A DNA stretch of 64,000 bases from Stegostoma tigrinum (lineage: Eukaryota): positions 26,541,786 to 26,605,785 of the forward strand of contig NC_081357.1 in assembly GCF_030684315.1 (NCBI RefSeq), written 5' to 3'. The position numbers were made by a program, and so were the translations under genes. Within the stretch, counting starts at the first letter, position 1. The number at the start of each line of letters is the position of its first letter. This document shows positions 1-12,325 of the stretch, one piece after another. The notes under the pieces were generated by a model, which had not been told where the DNA came from, searched no databases, and was given only the letters and a program-made list of their open reading frames with translations.

Positions 1-639
1 CCAAATGGTCTCTCAGCATCCAATTAAGCATTAAACTAGTCACATGCCTCGGTCAAAGGTTATTTGCAGGTGCAGATGGTAATCAGGGATTAGCCGATGT
101 TTGAAATAGGAAGGAAAACGTCAACTTAGTGGATTGTTGTAAATGTGCATGTTCCTGAGCACGGGTAAAAAATAGTGAACTCAAGCTATGATTCTATAAT
201 TGGAAATACTCATCCCCTCGCAGAAGCACAAGTCTTTCAATTTTTAAGTTGTAATATTTATCCAGCAATAGATGTTCACCATCTGTTGCAATTCCAATCT
301 AAACTAGCTGCAGCGTAAACAAGAACAGTAAACGCTGACTCATGTATTTATTGGCAGTATGTAGCCATGCCCAAATATCATCTCTCCTAACAACCTACTG
401 GAAAGCAGCCAGCAATTTCTCTGTTTATATCACATTCAGGCCTTAACAGAAAATTATTACCTCAAGTCAATAAATCACATAAGTGAGAACAGCGTGTTCC
501 TCAAGTTTACAAATCAAGCAATTTGAAATCCAAACAAGGTGGCCCCTTTTCATGTTCACAACAGGTTAGCTTACCAAAAATACAAACGTGCTCTCATAAA
601 GCACCTTTTTGTCTCAAAGCACTAGATCAATTGGTTAAA

Positions 640-1000
640 GTGAATTACAGATGCAAGCATGGTGGTCAAACTGAGCAAACAAAAACGCAGTAGCAATAAT
701 GTGGTGAATGTTAATGTTTTGTTAATGGTGTTAGTTAAGGGAAGGGTGTAGACTGACATTTGGGACAAACTTCCTGTTCTTCTTTAAATTGTGCTAGGGA
801 TCACTTCATGTACAAACATATGAAACCTTGGTTTGTTTAATATCTCACTTGTATGACAGAAACCCTAAAAATACAGAGCTCTTTCATTGGAATTTTAGTC
901 TAAACTATTGGCTGAAAGCCTGTGTGAATCTCAAATAAACAACTTTCTGATTCACATGGAAGAGTACTATCAATTGAATCAAACTGACTTCTCTTAAGAG
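640..1000 (-). mobile_element. degenerate Deu-domain (SacSINE1/AmnSINE-like) SINE
   Basis: Reverse-orientation similarity to the 18330 and 57120 copies (aaccttggtttgtttaatatctc...gacagaaaccct). Confidence 0.45.
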
Positions 1001-2109
1001 GAGGAGGAAGGTCACACAATGTGGGAGCAGCTCCAAAACATAATAGTGTAAAGATCAACCTACTATCTACGCAACCCCATCAATCATACCATCTTGCATC
1101 AATAGTGTCCAAATGGCATCTGAAACAATCCAAAAATTTGCGTGATATACTTCACACAAACAAAAAAATATTTTACGTTTTTCAGCTTGATATTGAACAG
1201 TTTGAACATGCTGCTTAAATTTCATTTTGTGACTTCTTTCCCGTCAATTCACTTATGCTTTAAAGGAGAATTTAGTAGTGTATTTCAACTTTGAAGAAGA
1301 ATTAAGATGGTTTAAGAATGTAAATGAATACTTATTGCTCAGATGCAGTCATTACCTCCCAATGTAACTTCTAGTTCTTCAACAGCAAAATATCATATTT
1401 AAGCACAGAAACTAATAGCATTTGTTGCAGGATAAGATACCATAATAAATCACTTGGCCCAACCATTTTCCTTAGAAGTCCCAAAGGAAAAACAATTCTA
1501 TCAAATTCTTCTAATTTAAATCGATCATTTAGCACTTATTTTTGTGAATTGACATTTTTAAGTGCTATGATTTTCTACAGTATTATAACTACTTTGTTGA
1601 TGGCAAATGCTTAGAAAATAGAAGTATGAATAGTTAATCTTATCTAAATATATGTTGGATTTCTGTCCCAATTTTCAACTTTATTACTTTTTAGGGAGTG
1701 GATCAACAATTGTACATGTACATTTACAATCATTTTTAAACCTGCAGGCTAGTGGTATGGAATTAAAAAAATCAAAATTTTAAACAGTATTTTCATCATT
1801 ATGGATAAAGCTGAATGGTAGTTATAGTACTGAGTTTAGAACACAAAATTCCACTATGGGAAGGGAGGAAACTGAATTCAATAATGCTGGTAATTTGTGA
1901 GCTGGCACTGAGAAAAAAAGTTTTGATTGTGTCATGTTGGTTCACCAACGTTCTTCAATGAAAGGGAACTCCACAGACTTTAACTACTAGGATTGTCCTA
2001 GAATATACAGCAATTAAAGATTAATTGATGTGAGCAATCCGGGTTTAAAAAAAATCTGATTATGCATAATATTCATTGAATGACTTTGTTTAACACTTTA
2101 AAAGATGGA

Positions 2110-2262
2110 CAAAAGGGAAAAAAGAACTGTGGGTGCTGGAAATCAGAAACAAAATCAGGAATTACTACTGGAAAACCTCAGCAGATCTTGGACATCTGTG
2201 GAGAGAAAGCAGAATTAATGTTTTGGGTTCATAAAAAATCTCCAGAAATTGAGTTCAACCAG
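2110..2262 (-). mobile_element. old Penelope-like terminal repeat (pLTR) fragment
   Basis: agaactgtgggtgctggaaatcagaaacaaaa...gcagaattaatgttttgggt is the same motif as the arms of the 25000 element. Confidence 0.6.
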
Positions 2263-2321
2263 AAGTTTGCTACTCTATCTATACTGTTAATTTGATGTTT
2301 TGTGCCTTCTAAAATTGACCC

Positions 2322-2500
2322 AACACGCCAGAGGAAGTGGTGGAGGCTGGCACAATGACAACATTTAAAAGGTATATGAATAGGAAAGGTTTAGAGGGAT
2401 ATGGGCCAAATGCTGGTATTTAGGATATCTGGTTGGCATGGACAAGTTGGACTGAAGGGTCTGTTTCTGTGCTGTATATCTCTCGGACTCCAAGACTCTA
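2322..2500 (+). mobile_element. CR1 (HER1-type) LINE 3' end
   Basis: ccagaggaagtggtggaggctgg...ggatatgggccaaatgctgg...gaagggtctgtttctgtgctgta plus an 8-bp-type tail. Confidence 0.8.
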
Positions 2501-2799
2501 AGTCATTCTGTTGTAAAATTAAATACTATGTAAGGTTGTCTACTAAGCTACACAGGTTAAGTACAGATGAGCAAGAAATTTTGCCTTTTCAGATTAGCCT
2601 GTCTTTTGAGAATGAAATGTGAAAAATGTCAAGGTACATTAATAAATGTAGCATTGTGACTATGTTTCTATGCTAATAATCCACAAGCTTGAATTAAGTG
2701 CATTTAAATTGCTCCTTAAATATATGCAGAATATAAAGCATAATATCAGTAATAGTGGCAACTCCTGATTTATCATAAAAACCTATCTACTTTTCTAAT

Positions 2800-3400
2800 G
2801 TCCTTTAGGCAAAAAAATCTGTCATACGTGACTGTACGCAAGGAGTACCACTAGGCCTATAAAAATGAGATACCAACCAGGTGAAGCTAGAAACATAGCT
2901 CAACATGTATGTAAGCCAGTGGAAGCACAATGTTGTAAACAGAGCTAAATGCCTGCGCAATTGAAAGATCAAATCAAAGCTCCACAGTCCGCTCACATCC
3001 AATAATGAATGTATGGTGTACAAAAAAAAAACCTAACTGGAAAAAGAGACACCATGAACTGCCCCATCCTTAATAATGGAAAAGACTAGCAAATGTGCAA
3101 TGACAACACCGAAATACACTTGTAACCATCTTTAATCAGAAAGGTCAAGCAGAAAATGGAACTCGGCATTTCCCTGAGGCCACCAGCATCACAAAGAAAG
3201 TCTTCAGGCAATCCAATTCATTCCACATGTTATCAGTGGAACAGTGAAGTGCACTGTATACAGGAAAGGCTGTGGATTCTGACAACATCCCAATTGTAGT
3301 GCTGAAGATGTGTGCTCCAGAATTAGCTTGTTGTGATACTCTTGTAACTCTAACATCCACCTCATAATGCAAAACCTATTTCTGATTGAGTTAATGTTCA
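2800..3400 (+). mobile_element. degraded internal fragment of second CR1/L2-group LINE (family B)
   Basis: aaatcaaagctccacagtcc...catccccatccttaat...aaaggctgtggattctgacaacatcccaa matches the 33470-35830 copy in reverse. Confidence 0.6.
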
Positions 3401-3624
3401 TATTTAATTGGGTCCACCCCATTCTACTGATATCACACAGTCTGTGGCTAGACGCAATGGGTTCTAAAATGTACTAGCTCCTTAAGTTCCTTGTAACTAT
3501 GCCTAACTAGAACATTGTTGTACTTATTGCTATCATGAATTAGTCCGTCTTGTTATCTAAGAACATCATCCTCCACCAATTTTCATAGGCCCAAGGCAAA
3601 GCAAAGACAAAGGAGGAAGGAAGT

Positions 3625-4760
3625 GATGCTATACCTCTACAAATCATTGGTCAGACCACAGTTAGAGTATTGTGTTCAGTTCTGGCTACTTTATTCAAGG
3701 AAGGATGTTAAAGCTCTGGAGAAAGTACAAAGGAGATTTACTTGAATGATTCTAGAGATTAGAGATTTTAGATACAAGGAACGATTATAGAAATTGGGAT
3801 TATTCTCCTTGGAGTGGAGAAGATTAAGACCTCATTGAGATGTTCAGAGTTATGAACAATTCTGACAGGGTAAAGATGGACAGAGATAATAGGAACTGCA
3901 GGTGCAGGAGAATCCAAGATAACAAAGTGTGGAGCTGGATGAACACAGCAGGCCAAGCAGCATCTTAGAAGCACAAAAGCTGACGTTTCGGGCCAAGACC
4001 CTTCAAAAGAGAGGGGGATGGGGAGAGGATTCTGAAATAAATAGGGAGAGAGGGAGAGGCGGACTGAAGATGGATAGAGGAGAAGATAGGTGGAGAGTAT
4101 GGATGGAGAGGTAGGGAGGGGATAGGTCAGTCCGGGGAGGACGGACAGGTCAAGGGGATGGGATGAGGTTAGTAGGTAGGAGATGGAGGTGCAGCTTGAG
4201 GTGGGAGGAGGGGATAGGTGAGAGAATGAACAGGTTAGGCAGGCTGGGACGAGCTGGGCTGGTTTTGGGATGCAGTGGGGTGAGGAGAGAATTTGAAGCT
4301 GATGAAATCCACATAGATGCCATTGGGCTGCAGGGTTCCCAAGCGGAATATGAGTTGTTGTTCCTGCAACCTACAGGTGGCATCATTATGGCACTGCAGG
4401 AGGCCCAGGATGGACATGTCGTCTGAGGAATGGGAGGGGGAGTTGAAATGGTTCGCGACTAGATGGACATTCTGTTTTCGCCAGTTAGTATATCATTAAC
4501 TAGTGATCACAATTTCAAGATTGTCAGCAAGACAGCTAGGAGCAAAATGAGGATAAATTTCTTTGCTCAGCAAGTTGTTAGGATTTAAAATGTGCTATGT
4601 GGGAGAGTGGTGGAGGTGGAATCCATCGGAGGTTTTAAAAGAGAAATGAAGGATTTTGGAGGACTAAGGAGTTGGAGCTAGGGAAAGGGACTATCTGTGT
4701 ACAGACACACTGGGTTGAATGGGCTTCTTCTGTCCTGTAAAATTCTATGATTCTATGATT
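3625..4760 (+). mobile_element. CR1 LINE 3' portion, split by a PLE insertion
   Basis: Encodes [17 protein letters not shown]. Tail ttctatgattctatga at about 4743-4758. Confidence 0.8.
3883..4460 (-). mobile_element. Penelope-like element, 3' part (GIY-YIG C-terminus plus pLTR), 9-bp TSD
   Basis: ORF 4235..4417 (LQCHNDATCRLQEQQLIFRLGTLQPNG) is near-identical to the 9562 ORF tail. TSD agatggaca at 3874-3882 and 4461-4469. Confidence 0.9.
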
Positions 4761-5399
4761 GGTGGCAGCCACTATGTTAAACTACCTTTGTGCAAGTAAC
4801 TTGTATTAGCAGTGGTGACAACCACGACAAGGTGGCAGTACTGGTCATCTGAGAAAATATCACATGGTTGCAGATATGACCCTAACCATGAAAAGAAGAA
4901 ATCAATAAGACCCAAAGAAGGCTTTAAGAACATTACTGTTTGAAGAAAACTCAGTCAGCAGTTGAAACATGGTTACTGACAAAGCTGTAGAGAAGCATGA
5001 AGTCATGTTCAGTGCTCCAAAGGCTCTTTCAGAAGCTGGTAAAAAGCACTGAAGCAGGAGCGTGGGCTATGAAAAGCCAATTATGTTTAGAAAATAGGCA
5101 GGCCATAATGAAGGAGGTTCTAAGATCAACTGCAGATTCCAAGATGTAAAGCCAGAGATTGCTAAGTGAAAAGGGAATGACTTCAATAAAAATGTTATAA
5201 AAAATCAGAAAAGGAAGGCAAGGGAGTTTAAAAGAGTGCTCTCACCTTTCACAACAAGCATCTCTTTCATTGATAAGCTCTACACGTAGTTGCAAGAGCT
5301 GTGGCAGAAATTAGGAATTAGGAAGGACTACAGAATTAGTAAAAGAATTTGAAGCCGAAACAAGCACATTTAAAGCAATCTAATGAAACAGTCTGGTTA

Positions 5400-5480
5400 A
5401 GGGCTCTTATAGTGCTGTAGTAGTGCTCCCGCTAGACCAGGAGGCCTGGGTTTAAGTCTCACTTGCTCCAGAGGTGTAAT
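5400..5480 (+). mobile_element. short tRNA-derived SINE head
   Basis: gggctcttatagtgctgtagtagtg...cctgggtttaagtctc has A/B-box-like motifs. Same family as the 20897 and 21079 copies. Confidence 0.55.
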
Positions 5481-6359
5481 TAAGCTGCAATTTTGGCAGG
5501 AAGATTTCTACAAGCCACAGCCAGAGGACACTATTGAAACTTTGTGTAGAGGGAAGTGCATTATGTTTCAGACCATGAAAGGCAGGTAAAGTGCATATTA
5601 TCTCCAAAGAAGTGGAGAAACTCTCTACCATAGAAACAGAAAAATGTGGGAAAATAATAGAAGAAACAGGTTTGTTTATTTAAAAAAAAGGGAACACCCT
5701 GAAAAAGTGGGAAAATAAACAGATTTTAAAAGTTTGAAAGCAGTAAATTACTAAAGAATGGCTAATAGTACAATTGATGTTTTATTGAAGAACATTATTA
5801 ACGTACAGAGTTGAAAAGAATGACACATTTGAAAATAAAACTGCAACAGTTCTGTATTACAGAGTCTGTCAAACCCTACAGTAATTCATTGATGAATGCA
5901 AGAATACAGATTTTAGAAAAGCAGATTACAGGTAATATGGTATTAATACAGATTTAAAATACTATTATAATAATAAGATTAGTCAGGATATTGAGGTGAA
6001 ATTGAAAAAGAAATAATTCCTCTTCAATTCAAGGTCAGAGAAGAACTATTCAGTATGTAAGATGGGATCTCATGGAGGTGACATATCTTAAGATGCAGCA
6101 TGACCTCAAAATTAAACATTGGCGCAGACACTGAGCAAGTGAATACAGTATTAGTTGTGGGTTTGATTGTGGATGATATTATTGGCAGACAAAGCCTTAA
6201 AAACAATACAGGCACTTCTGAAAATGTCCTGAAAGCTTTCAATAATTACTTAAAGAACAGAAAAGATTCTTGACCAAGCAAAATTTAACAAAAGAGTTCA
6301 GCTTCCAAGTGAATCTATAGACAATTTCGTTAATGACCTCTACAAATTAGTGGAAAATT

Positions 6360-6850
6360 CTTTTTCTCGGGATCCGCTACCAACCTGGTTTTCCCAGTCC
6401 ATCTGCATATTGAAGACCCCATGATTATTGTAATAGTGCCTTTCTTACATGCTTTTTCTACCTCCTAGTTTGTTTTCTGTCCCACATTCTGAATACTGCT
6501 CGGACACCTGTATATATCTCCCATCAGAGTCTTTTTTCCTTTGCAGTTCCTTCTCTCTACCCACACAGATTCCATACCACTACTTGCTATTGTTTTAATT
6601 TCATTTCTTATTAACATGGCAACCCTTCACCCATCCACCTGTCCTTTCAAAAGGTTGTACATCCTTGGATATTTAATGCCCAGCTCTGATCCTTAGCTGC
6701 TGTGCCTGAAATTAGATTCCTCAGCATTTCCATACTGTCTGTTCAATTATTTGTTCTGCAAACTTAACAAATTCTGCTCAGCTGTCCCCAACTTTAACTT
6801 TTCCTGTAATTTTCCATGCAGTTGAGCTCACCCACCCCACCAACCACCCC
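6360..6850 (-). mobile_element. CR1 ORF2 endonuclease-region fragment
   Basis: Minus strand gives SVWVERRNCKGKKTLMGDIYRCP...FNMQMDWENQVG. Confidence 0.7.
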
Positions 6851-7169
6851 TCCCCACCCACAGCAGAATTGTTATTGGAATCCTTGGTTAAAACTTTGAC
6901 AAATTTCTTGCAGTACAAAAAAGATTTAAGTTTGGTGGAAGTTACTAAAATCATGCTGGAAGCAGAAACTAGGAAGACTCATGGACAGTCCCCGAGAGGA
7001 GAAGACCAACACTATCTTGATGGCCAGACTCTATTAACTGTATGAGGTATGACACACTAGGGAAGCACGTAACAACCATCACATAAAACAAACCAAATCC
7101 TTGATCTAAAAATCATTGTCAGTGCTAAAGACAATAAGGCTTGCAAACATAGACAATGTCCAAAATTGC

Positions 7170-7400
7170 TTTTGTTTTACCTCAGAGGCTTATGAGTTTT
7201 TGGAATTCCCTTCCTCAAAGGCAGTGGATGCAAAATCTTTAAATGTTTTTAAGGCAGAGGTAGACGGATTCTTGATGACCGTGGGGATGAAAATTCTGAG
7301 ATACGTAGGGGAGTGGAGTTGAGACTAAAATCAGATCAGCCATCATTTAATTCAATGGCATGACAGAGGGTAAATGTTCTTTGTTCAGATGTTCATACTT
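7170..7400 (+). mobile_element. CR1 3' fragment
   Basis: tggaattcccttcctcaaaggcagtggatgc...tttaaggcagaggtagac...cagatcagccat. Confidence 0.7.
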
Positions 7401-7640
7401 CAGGTAATGTGCTGAGATCAGAATAGTGAAAGTAATCGTGTTCAAATACATAAAATAGGTTTAAACAGAAGCATACCCACTACTATTAGAAGAGATATCT
7501 TCATTTGACATGATGTCTCCATCTGAAGAGATAGCCAGGGCATTACTGGGGAATTAGCTAATTCAGACAAACCAGAAGAGATAGAACTTGTCTATGTAAA
7601 TAGACATCCTGTTGGTTTTGTGGTTGATTCAGGAGCAAGA

Positions 7641-8681
7641 TGGTTGGAGTCTATCCTTGTACAAAGGAGGCTAGTTGGTGGTTGTTGAAGGTCAGTCATC
7701 TCAGCTGTAGAACATCTCTGCGGAAGTTCTTCTAATTGTCCTAGGCCCAACCATTTCCAGCTGAAATGGCCTTACCTTCATCATTAAGTCAGAAGTAGGG
7801 ATGTTTGCTAATGTTTGCACAATGTTCAGCACGATTCACGACTCCTGAGATAATGAAGCTGCTCATGTCCAAATGCAACAAATTCTGGACAATTTCCAGG
7901 CTTGAGCGGACATGTGGCAAGTAGCGTCCATGTCTCACAAACATCAAGCAATGAACATCTTCAACAAAGAAGAATGTAAATATTGCCCCTGACATTCAAT
8001 GGTATCATTATCACTCTCACTTAATATCCCACTATCAACATCCTGGCAGGTTACATTGACCAGAAACTAACTTGGACTAGCCATGTAAAGGCTATGACCA
8101 CAACAGTAAGATAGAAGCTAGGAATCTTCCAGGTAACTCACTTGACTCCCTAAAGTCTGTCTACCATCTACAAGGCACAAGTCAGGAGTGTGATGGAATA
8201 CTTTCCACTTGCCTGGATAACTGCCATGCCAATTACATTTAAAAAAACATTGAGAACAAAGCTGCCTGTTTGATTGGCACTACAACATTTGGTTAGTCCA
8301 CCACAAAAACTCAGTATCAGTATGTATAACATCGATAAGATGCATTGCAGAAATTCACCAAGACTCTTTCAACAGCACCTTCAAAACCCACAACCACTAC
8401 CAGTTGGAAGAACAACTGCAGCAGATACATAGGAACACAACCACCTGCAAATTCCCATTCAAGCCACTCATTATCTACCCTTGGAAATATACTGCTGTTC
8501 TTTCGGTGTCTCTGAATCAAATCCTGGAACTACCTTCCTCATGGCATTGTGGATGCACCTATAACAAATTACCTGCAACAGTTCAGGAAGGCAACTCACC
8601 ACCACCTTCTTAAGGGAAACTAAGAATGGGCAATATGCCCACATTCCATTCAAGAAGAATATAAAATAAATTTTAAAATAA
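7641..8681 (+). mobile_element. CR1/L2-group LINE family B, 5'-truncated (RT C-terminus to A-rich tail), 12-bp TSD
   Basis: Decayed VLGPTIF...SEVGMFA and YKAQVRSVMEY motifs. TSD tcaggagcaaga at 7629-7640 and 8682-8693. Confidence 0.85.
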
Positions 8682-9205
8682 TCAGGAGCAAGAATTACTG
8701 TCCTATCAGACCAGTTACCATGACTAAAGAAACAGCAGTTACATTCTGCAATAATAAGAGTAAAGGGGTGGGTTGGGATGACTGCATGGAATGGTACACA
8801 TTTCACTACAGCATATGAGAGGTGAAGATATGTACATTGGTCATAATCAAACAATTTAGCTTTTAAGTCAGCATGCATGTCTAATTTCATCAGAAGAGTT
8901 GGAGAAAATTGATAACCTCCCAAAGAACAATGGTCCAGGAATTAATGTTGTTGACCAACCAGTCACGTGTCAACCAGTAGAAAACTTCATTGGGTTCTCA
9001 GACTCAAAGAGACATCTAAGCACTTGAATCATTTAATATTAGCGTAAAAGAGCTGTTTAACATTGTCAATATTGGGATAAATGTCATAGGACTGGTGGAA
9101 ATGTTCAATCCTCTGTCTTTGAAGATAGAACGATCTCTGCCAGTGACAGAGATAGTGTTATGTGAGCAGCAATCTTTTAGTAACACAACTGAGAGTCTGA
9201 ATAGT

Positions 9206-10943
9206 ATCAGAGATAATGGGAACTGCAGATGCTGGAGAATTCCAAGATAATAAAATGTGAGGCTGGATGAACACAGCAGGCCAAGCAGCATCTCAGGAGC
9301 ACAAAAGCTGACATTTCGGGCCTAGACCCTTCAGCAGAGAGGGGGATGGGGTGAGGGTTCTGGAATAAATAGGGAGAGAGGGGGAGGCGGACCGAAGATG
9401 GAGAGTAAAGAAGATAGGTGGAGAGAGTATAGGTGGGGAGGTAGGGAGGGGATAGGTCAGTCCAGGGAAGACGGGCAGGTCAAGGAGGTGGGATGAGGTT
9501 AGTAGGTAGATGGGGGTGCGGCTTGGGGTGGGAGGAAGGGATGGGTGAGAGGAAGAACAGGTTAGGGAGGCAGAGACAGGTTGGACTGGTTTTGGGATGC
9601 AGTGGGTGGGGGCGAAGAGCTGGGCTGGTTGTGTGGTGCAGTGGGGGGAGGGGACGAACTGGGCTGGTTTAGGGATGCAGTTGGGGAACGGGAGATTTTG
9701 AAACTGGTGAAGTCCACATTGATACCATTAGGCTGCAGGGTTCCCAGGCGGAATATGAGTTGCTGTTCCTGCAACCTTCGGGTGGCATCATTGTGGCACT
9801 GCAGGAGGCCCATGATGGATATGTCATCTAAAGAATGGGAGGGGGAGTGGAAATGGTTTGCGACTGGGAGGTGCAGTTGTTTGTTGCGAACTGAGCGGAG
9901 GTGTTCTGCGAAGCGGTCTCCAAGCCTCCGCTTGGTTTCCCCAATGTAGAGGGAGCCACACCGGGTACAGTGGATGCAGTATACCACATTGGCAGATGTG
10001 CAGGTGAACCTCTGCTTAATGTGGAATGTCATCTTGGGGCCTGGGATAGGGGTGAGGGAGGAGGTGTGGGGGCAAGTGTAGCATTTCCTGCGGTTGCAGG
10101 GGAAGGTGCCGGGTGTGGTGGGGTTGGAGGGCAGTGTGGAGCGAACAAGGGAGTCACGGAGAGAGTGGTCTCTCCGGAAAGCAGACAGGGGAGGGGATGG
10201 AAAAATGTCTTGGGTGGTGGGGTCGGATTGTAGATGGCGGAAGTATCGGAGGATGATGCGTTGTATCTGGAGGTTGGTGGGGTGGAGTGTGAGAACGAGG
10301 GGGATCCTCTTTGGGCGGTTGTGGCGGGGGCGGGGTGTGAGGGATGTGTTGCGGGAAATGCGGTCAAGGGCGTTCTCGACCACTGTGGGGGGAAAGTTGC
10401 GGTCCTTGAAGAACTTGGACATCTGGGATGTGCGGGAGTGGAATGCCTCATCGTGGGCGCAGATGCGGCGGAGGCGGAGGAATTGGGAATAGGGGATGGA
10501 ATTTTTGCAGGAGGGTGGGTCGGAGGAGGTGTATTCTAGGTAGCTGTGGGAGTTGGTGGGCTTGAAATGGACATCAGTTACAAGCTGGTTGCCTGAGATG
10601 GAGACTGAGAGGTCCAGGAAGGTGAGGGATGTGCTGCAGATGGCCCAGGTGAACTGAAGGTTGGGGTGGAAGGTGTTGGTGAAGTGGATGAACTGTTTGA
10701 GCTCCTCTGGGGAGCAAGCGGCGGCGCCGATACAGTCATCAATGTAATGGAGGAAGAGGTGGGGTTTGGGGCCTGTGTAGGTGCGGAAGAGGGACTGTTC
10801 CACGTAACCTACAAAGAGGCAGGCATAGCTGGGGCCCATGCGGGTGCCCATGGCCACCCCCTCCACCGACACCCTCATCCGCCTAGCCGAACTCGTCCTC
10901 ACCCTCAACAACTTCTCTTTCGATTCCTCCCACTTCCTACAGA
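9206..10943 (-). mobile_element. young Penelope-like retroelement, 5'-truncated, with inverted 5' tip (10861-10943) and 3' pLTR (about 9206-9340)
   Basis: Long open RT plus GIY-YIG frame, purine-rich 3' UTR on the + strand, and a pLTR shared with many copies in the window. Confidence 0.95.
9562..10860 (-). pseudogene. PLE ORF fragment: reverse transcriptase C-terminal half plus GIY-YIG endonuclease
   Basis: GVAMGTRMGPSYA, YIDD catalytic motif, FLDL, VVYCIHCTRCGSLYIGET (GIY-YIG), RLGDRFAEH. No stop over about 430 codons, but 5'-truncated. Confidence 0.92.
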
Positions 10944-11089
10944 GTCACTGACACAATGCAGTCATAGTCATTGATGTCATGCAATAATCCTTCTTGTTAG
11001 CTAAGAAGTGTCTCTTCTGTAAATACCTCATGGTGATGTATCCTGTAACACTATTCAATAGATAGGTCCAAGACAAACCAGAGACAAAG

Positions 11090-11660
11090 GAGAATTGATG
11101 GCATCAAACTACTTCGAACAATGCTTACCTAAAACCCACAGACTGATAGAGGTGGCAAATACTACAGGGTGTCAGTGTGTTGGTCATCAGGGGAAATACC
11201 ACAGGAACATTTCCAAATATGTTTTGTTCAAAAAAAGCATAGACAAATCTAATCCGTCCAATTATTTTCCCATCCTGCCCTTAATCAATGATACATTAAC
11301 AGAAGGGGTCGATATTAAGCAGCACTAACTCACAAATAATTCACTCCTTGTTACTCAGTTTGGGTTCTGTCTGAATCGCTGCGTTCTAGACTGCACTGCA
11401 GCTTTGGTCCAAGTGTGGACAAAGACATGAATTCCAGTGGTGAGCTGACAGTGACTGCCCTTGGACCTGGTCATTGTGCAGTCTTGGGCTGATGAGTGAT
11501 AAATAACAAAATTTCTTTTAGTTTTTCTTTTGCAACATGCAAGGGCCAGGAAATTACAACCTCCACAAGACACAGTCCATTCATCTTCCAGTGACATTCA
11601 ACAGTATTATAAATGGTAAATTAATATTGTTGCAGCCACTACTGGCCAGAACTATAGTTC
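11090..11660 (+). mobile_element. degraded LINE family B fragment
   Basis: aaaaaagcatagacaaatctaatccgtccaattat...cagtttgggttctg...gtgactgcccttggac. Confidence 0.6.
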
Positions 11661-12189
11661 CCTCCTCCTTGCCACCTGTACTACAAATGTCTCTAGCACT
11701 GCAGTAATTCTGAACATTTCTGTCAGCCTTGGTGCTCAGTTTGTATAAAATTTCCATTGCACTAATCTTTTTGTGTAACCTCCCTTTGATAGACAATCTG
11801 TGCTGAAGAAGGAGCAGGTTACCTCTACCAACTGGTCTGTAAAGATACTGCCAGGCCTCCTCCTGTGTGCAGAGCTCACTGGTACCATTGTGATGCATCA
11901 GCTAGTGTCAAAATCAATCATTCAGATATGGTGGGTAGAATTTTGCATCTCATCCAGCTCAATAGGAACAGATACAGGGAGGTTATAAATCATAGCCCTT
12001 GTGCTCAAAAATCAGAGCAGATGAATTTCTATTCCTACTTAAGCAGATATATATGCTCCTTATAGTATAAAAAACACTCACAGTGGCTGGATATTCAATC
12101 CTTATCAGGTTTCAGTTTTAACTGAGTAAGACAGAAGAAATACTGATATAATTATTCTGAGTTTCTGTAAACAAGAGCATTAACTATTT

Positions 12190-12325
12190 GATACAGAGAT
12201 AGTAGGAACGGCCGATGCTGGAGAATATGAGATAGCACGGTGTGAAGCTGGATGAACACAGCAGGCCAAGCAGCATCAGAGGAGCAGGAAAGCTTGACAT
12301 TTCAGGTCGGGATGCTTCTTCAGAA
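12190..12325 (-). mobile_element. solo PLE pLTR
   Basis: agagatagtaggaacggccgatgctggag...gacatttcaggtcgggatgcttcttcag. Confidence 0.8.

Larger units (their letters stand above)
6030..8900 (+). pseudogene. Gypsy/Ty3 LTR-retrotransposon gag-protease relic interrupted by three LINE pieces
   Basis: Translates EQVNTVLVVGLIVDDII...AKFNKRVQLPSESIDNFVNDLYKLVEN (about 6130-6360), RIVIGIL (about 6865), then YVNRHPVGFVVDSGAR (about 7593-7640) resuming as SGARITVLSD (8682 onward): the aspartic protease DSG motif. Confidence 0.75.

Noticed and set aside
10861-10911. N-terminus of the 449-aa ORF as a real start
   Set aside because: It is read through the inverted segment and is not native PLE sequence.
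9581-10974. Several 100-140 aa ORFs overlapping the PLE
   Set aside because: They are antisense or alternate-frame shadows of the GC-rich PLE ORF.
11780-11950. Possible Gypsy integrase remnant
   Set aside because: Similarity is too faint to support by eye.
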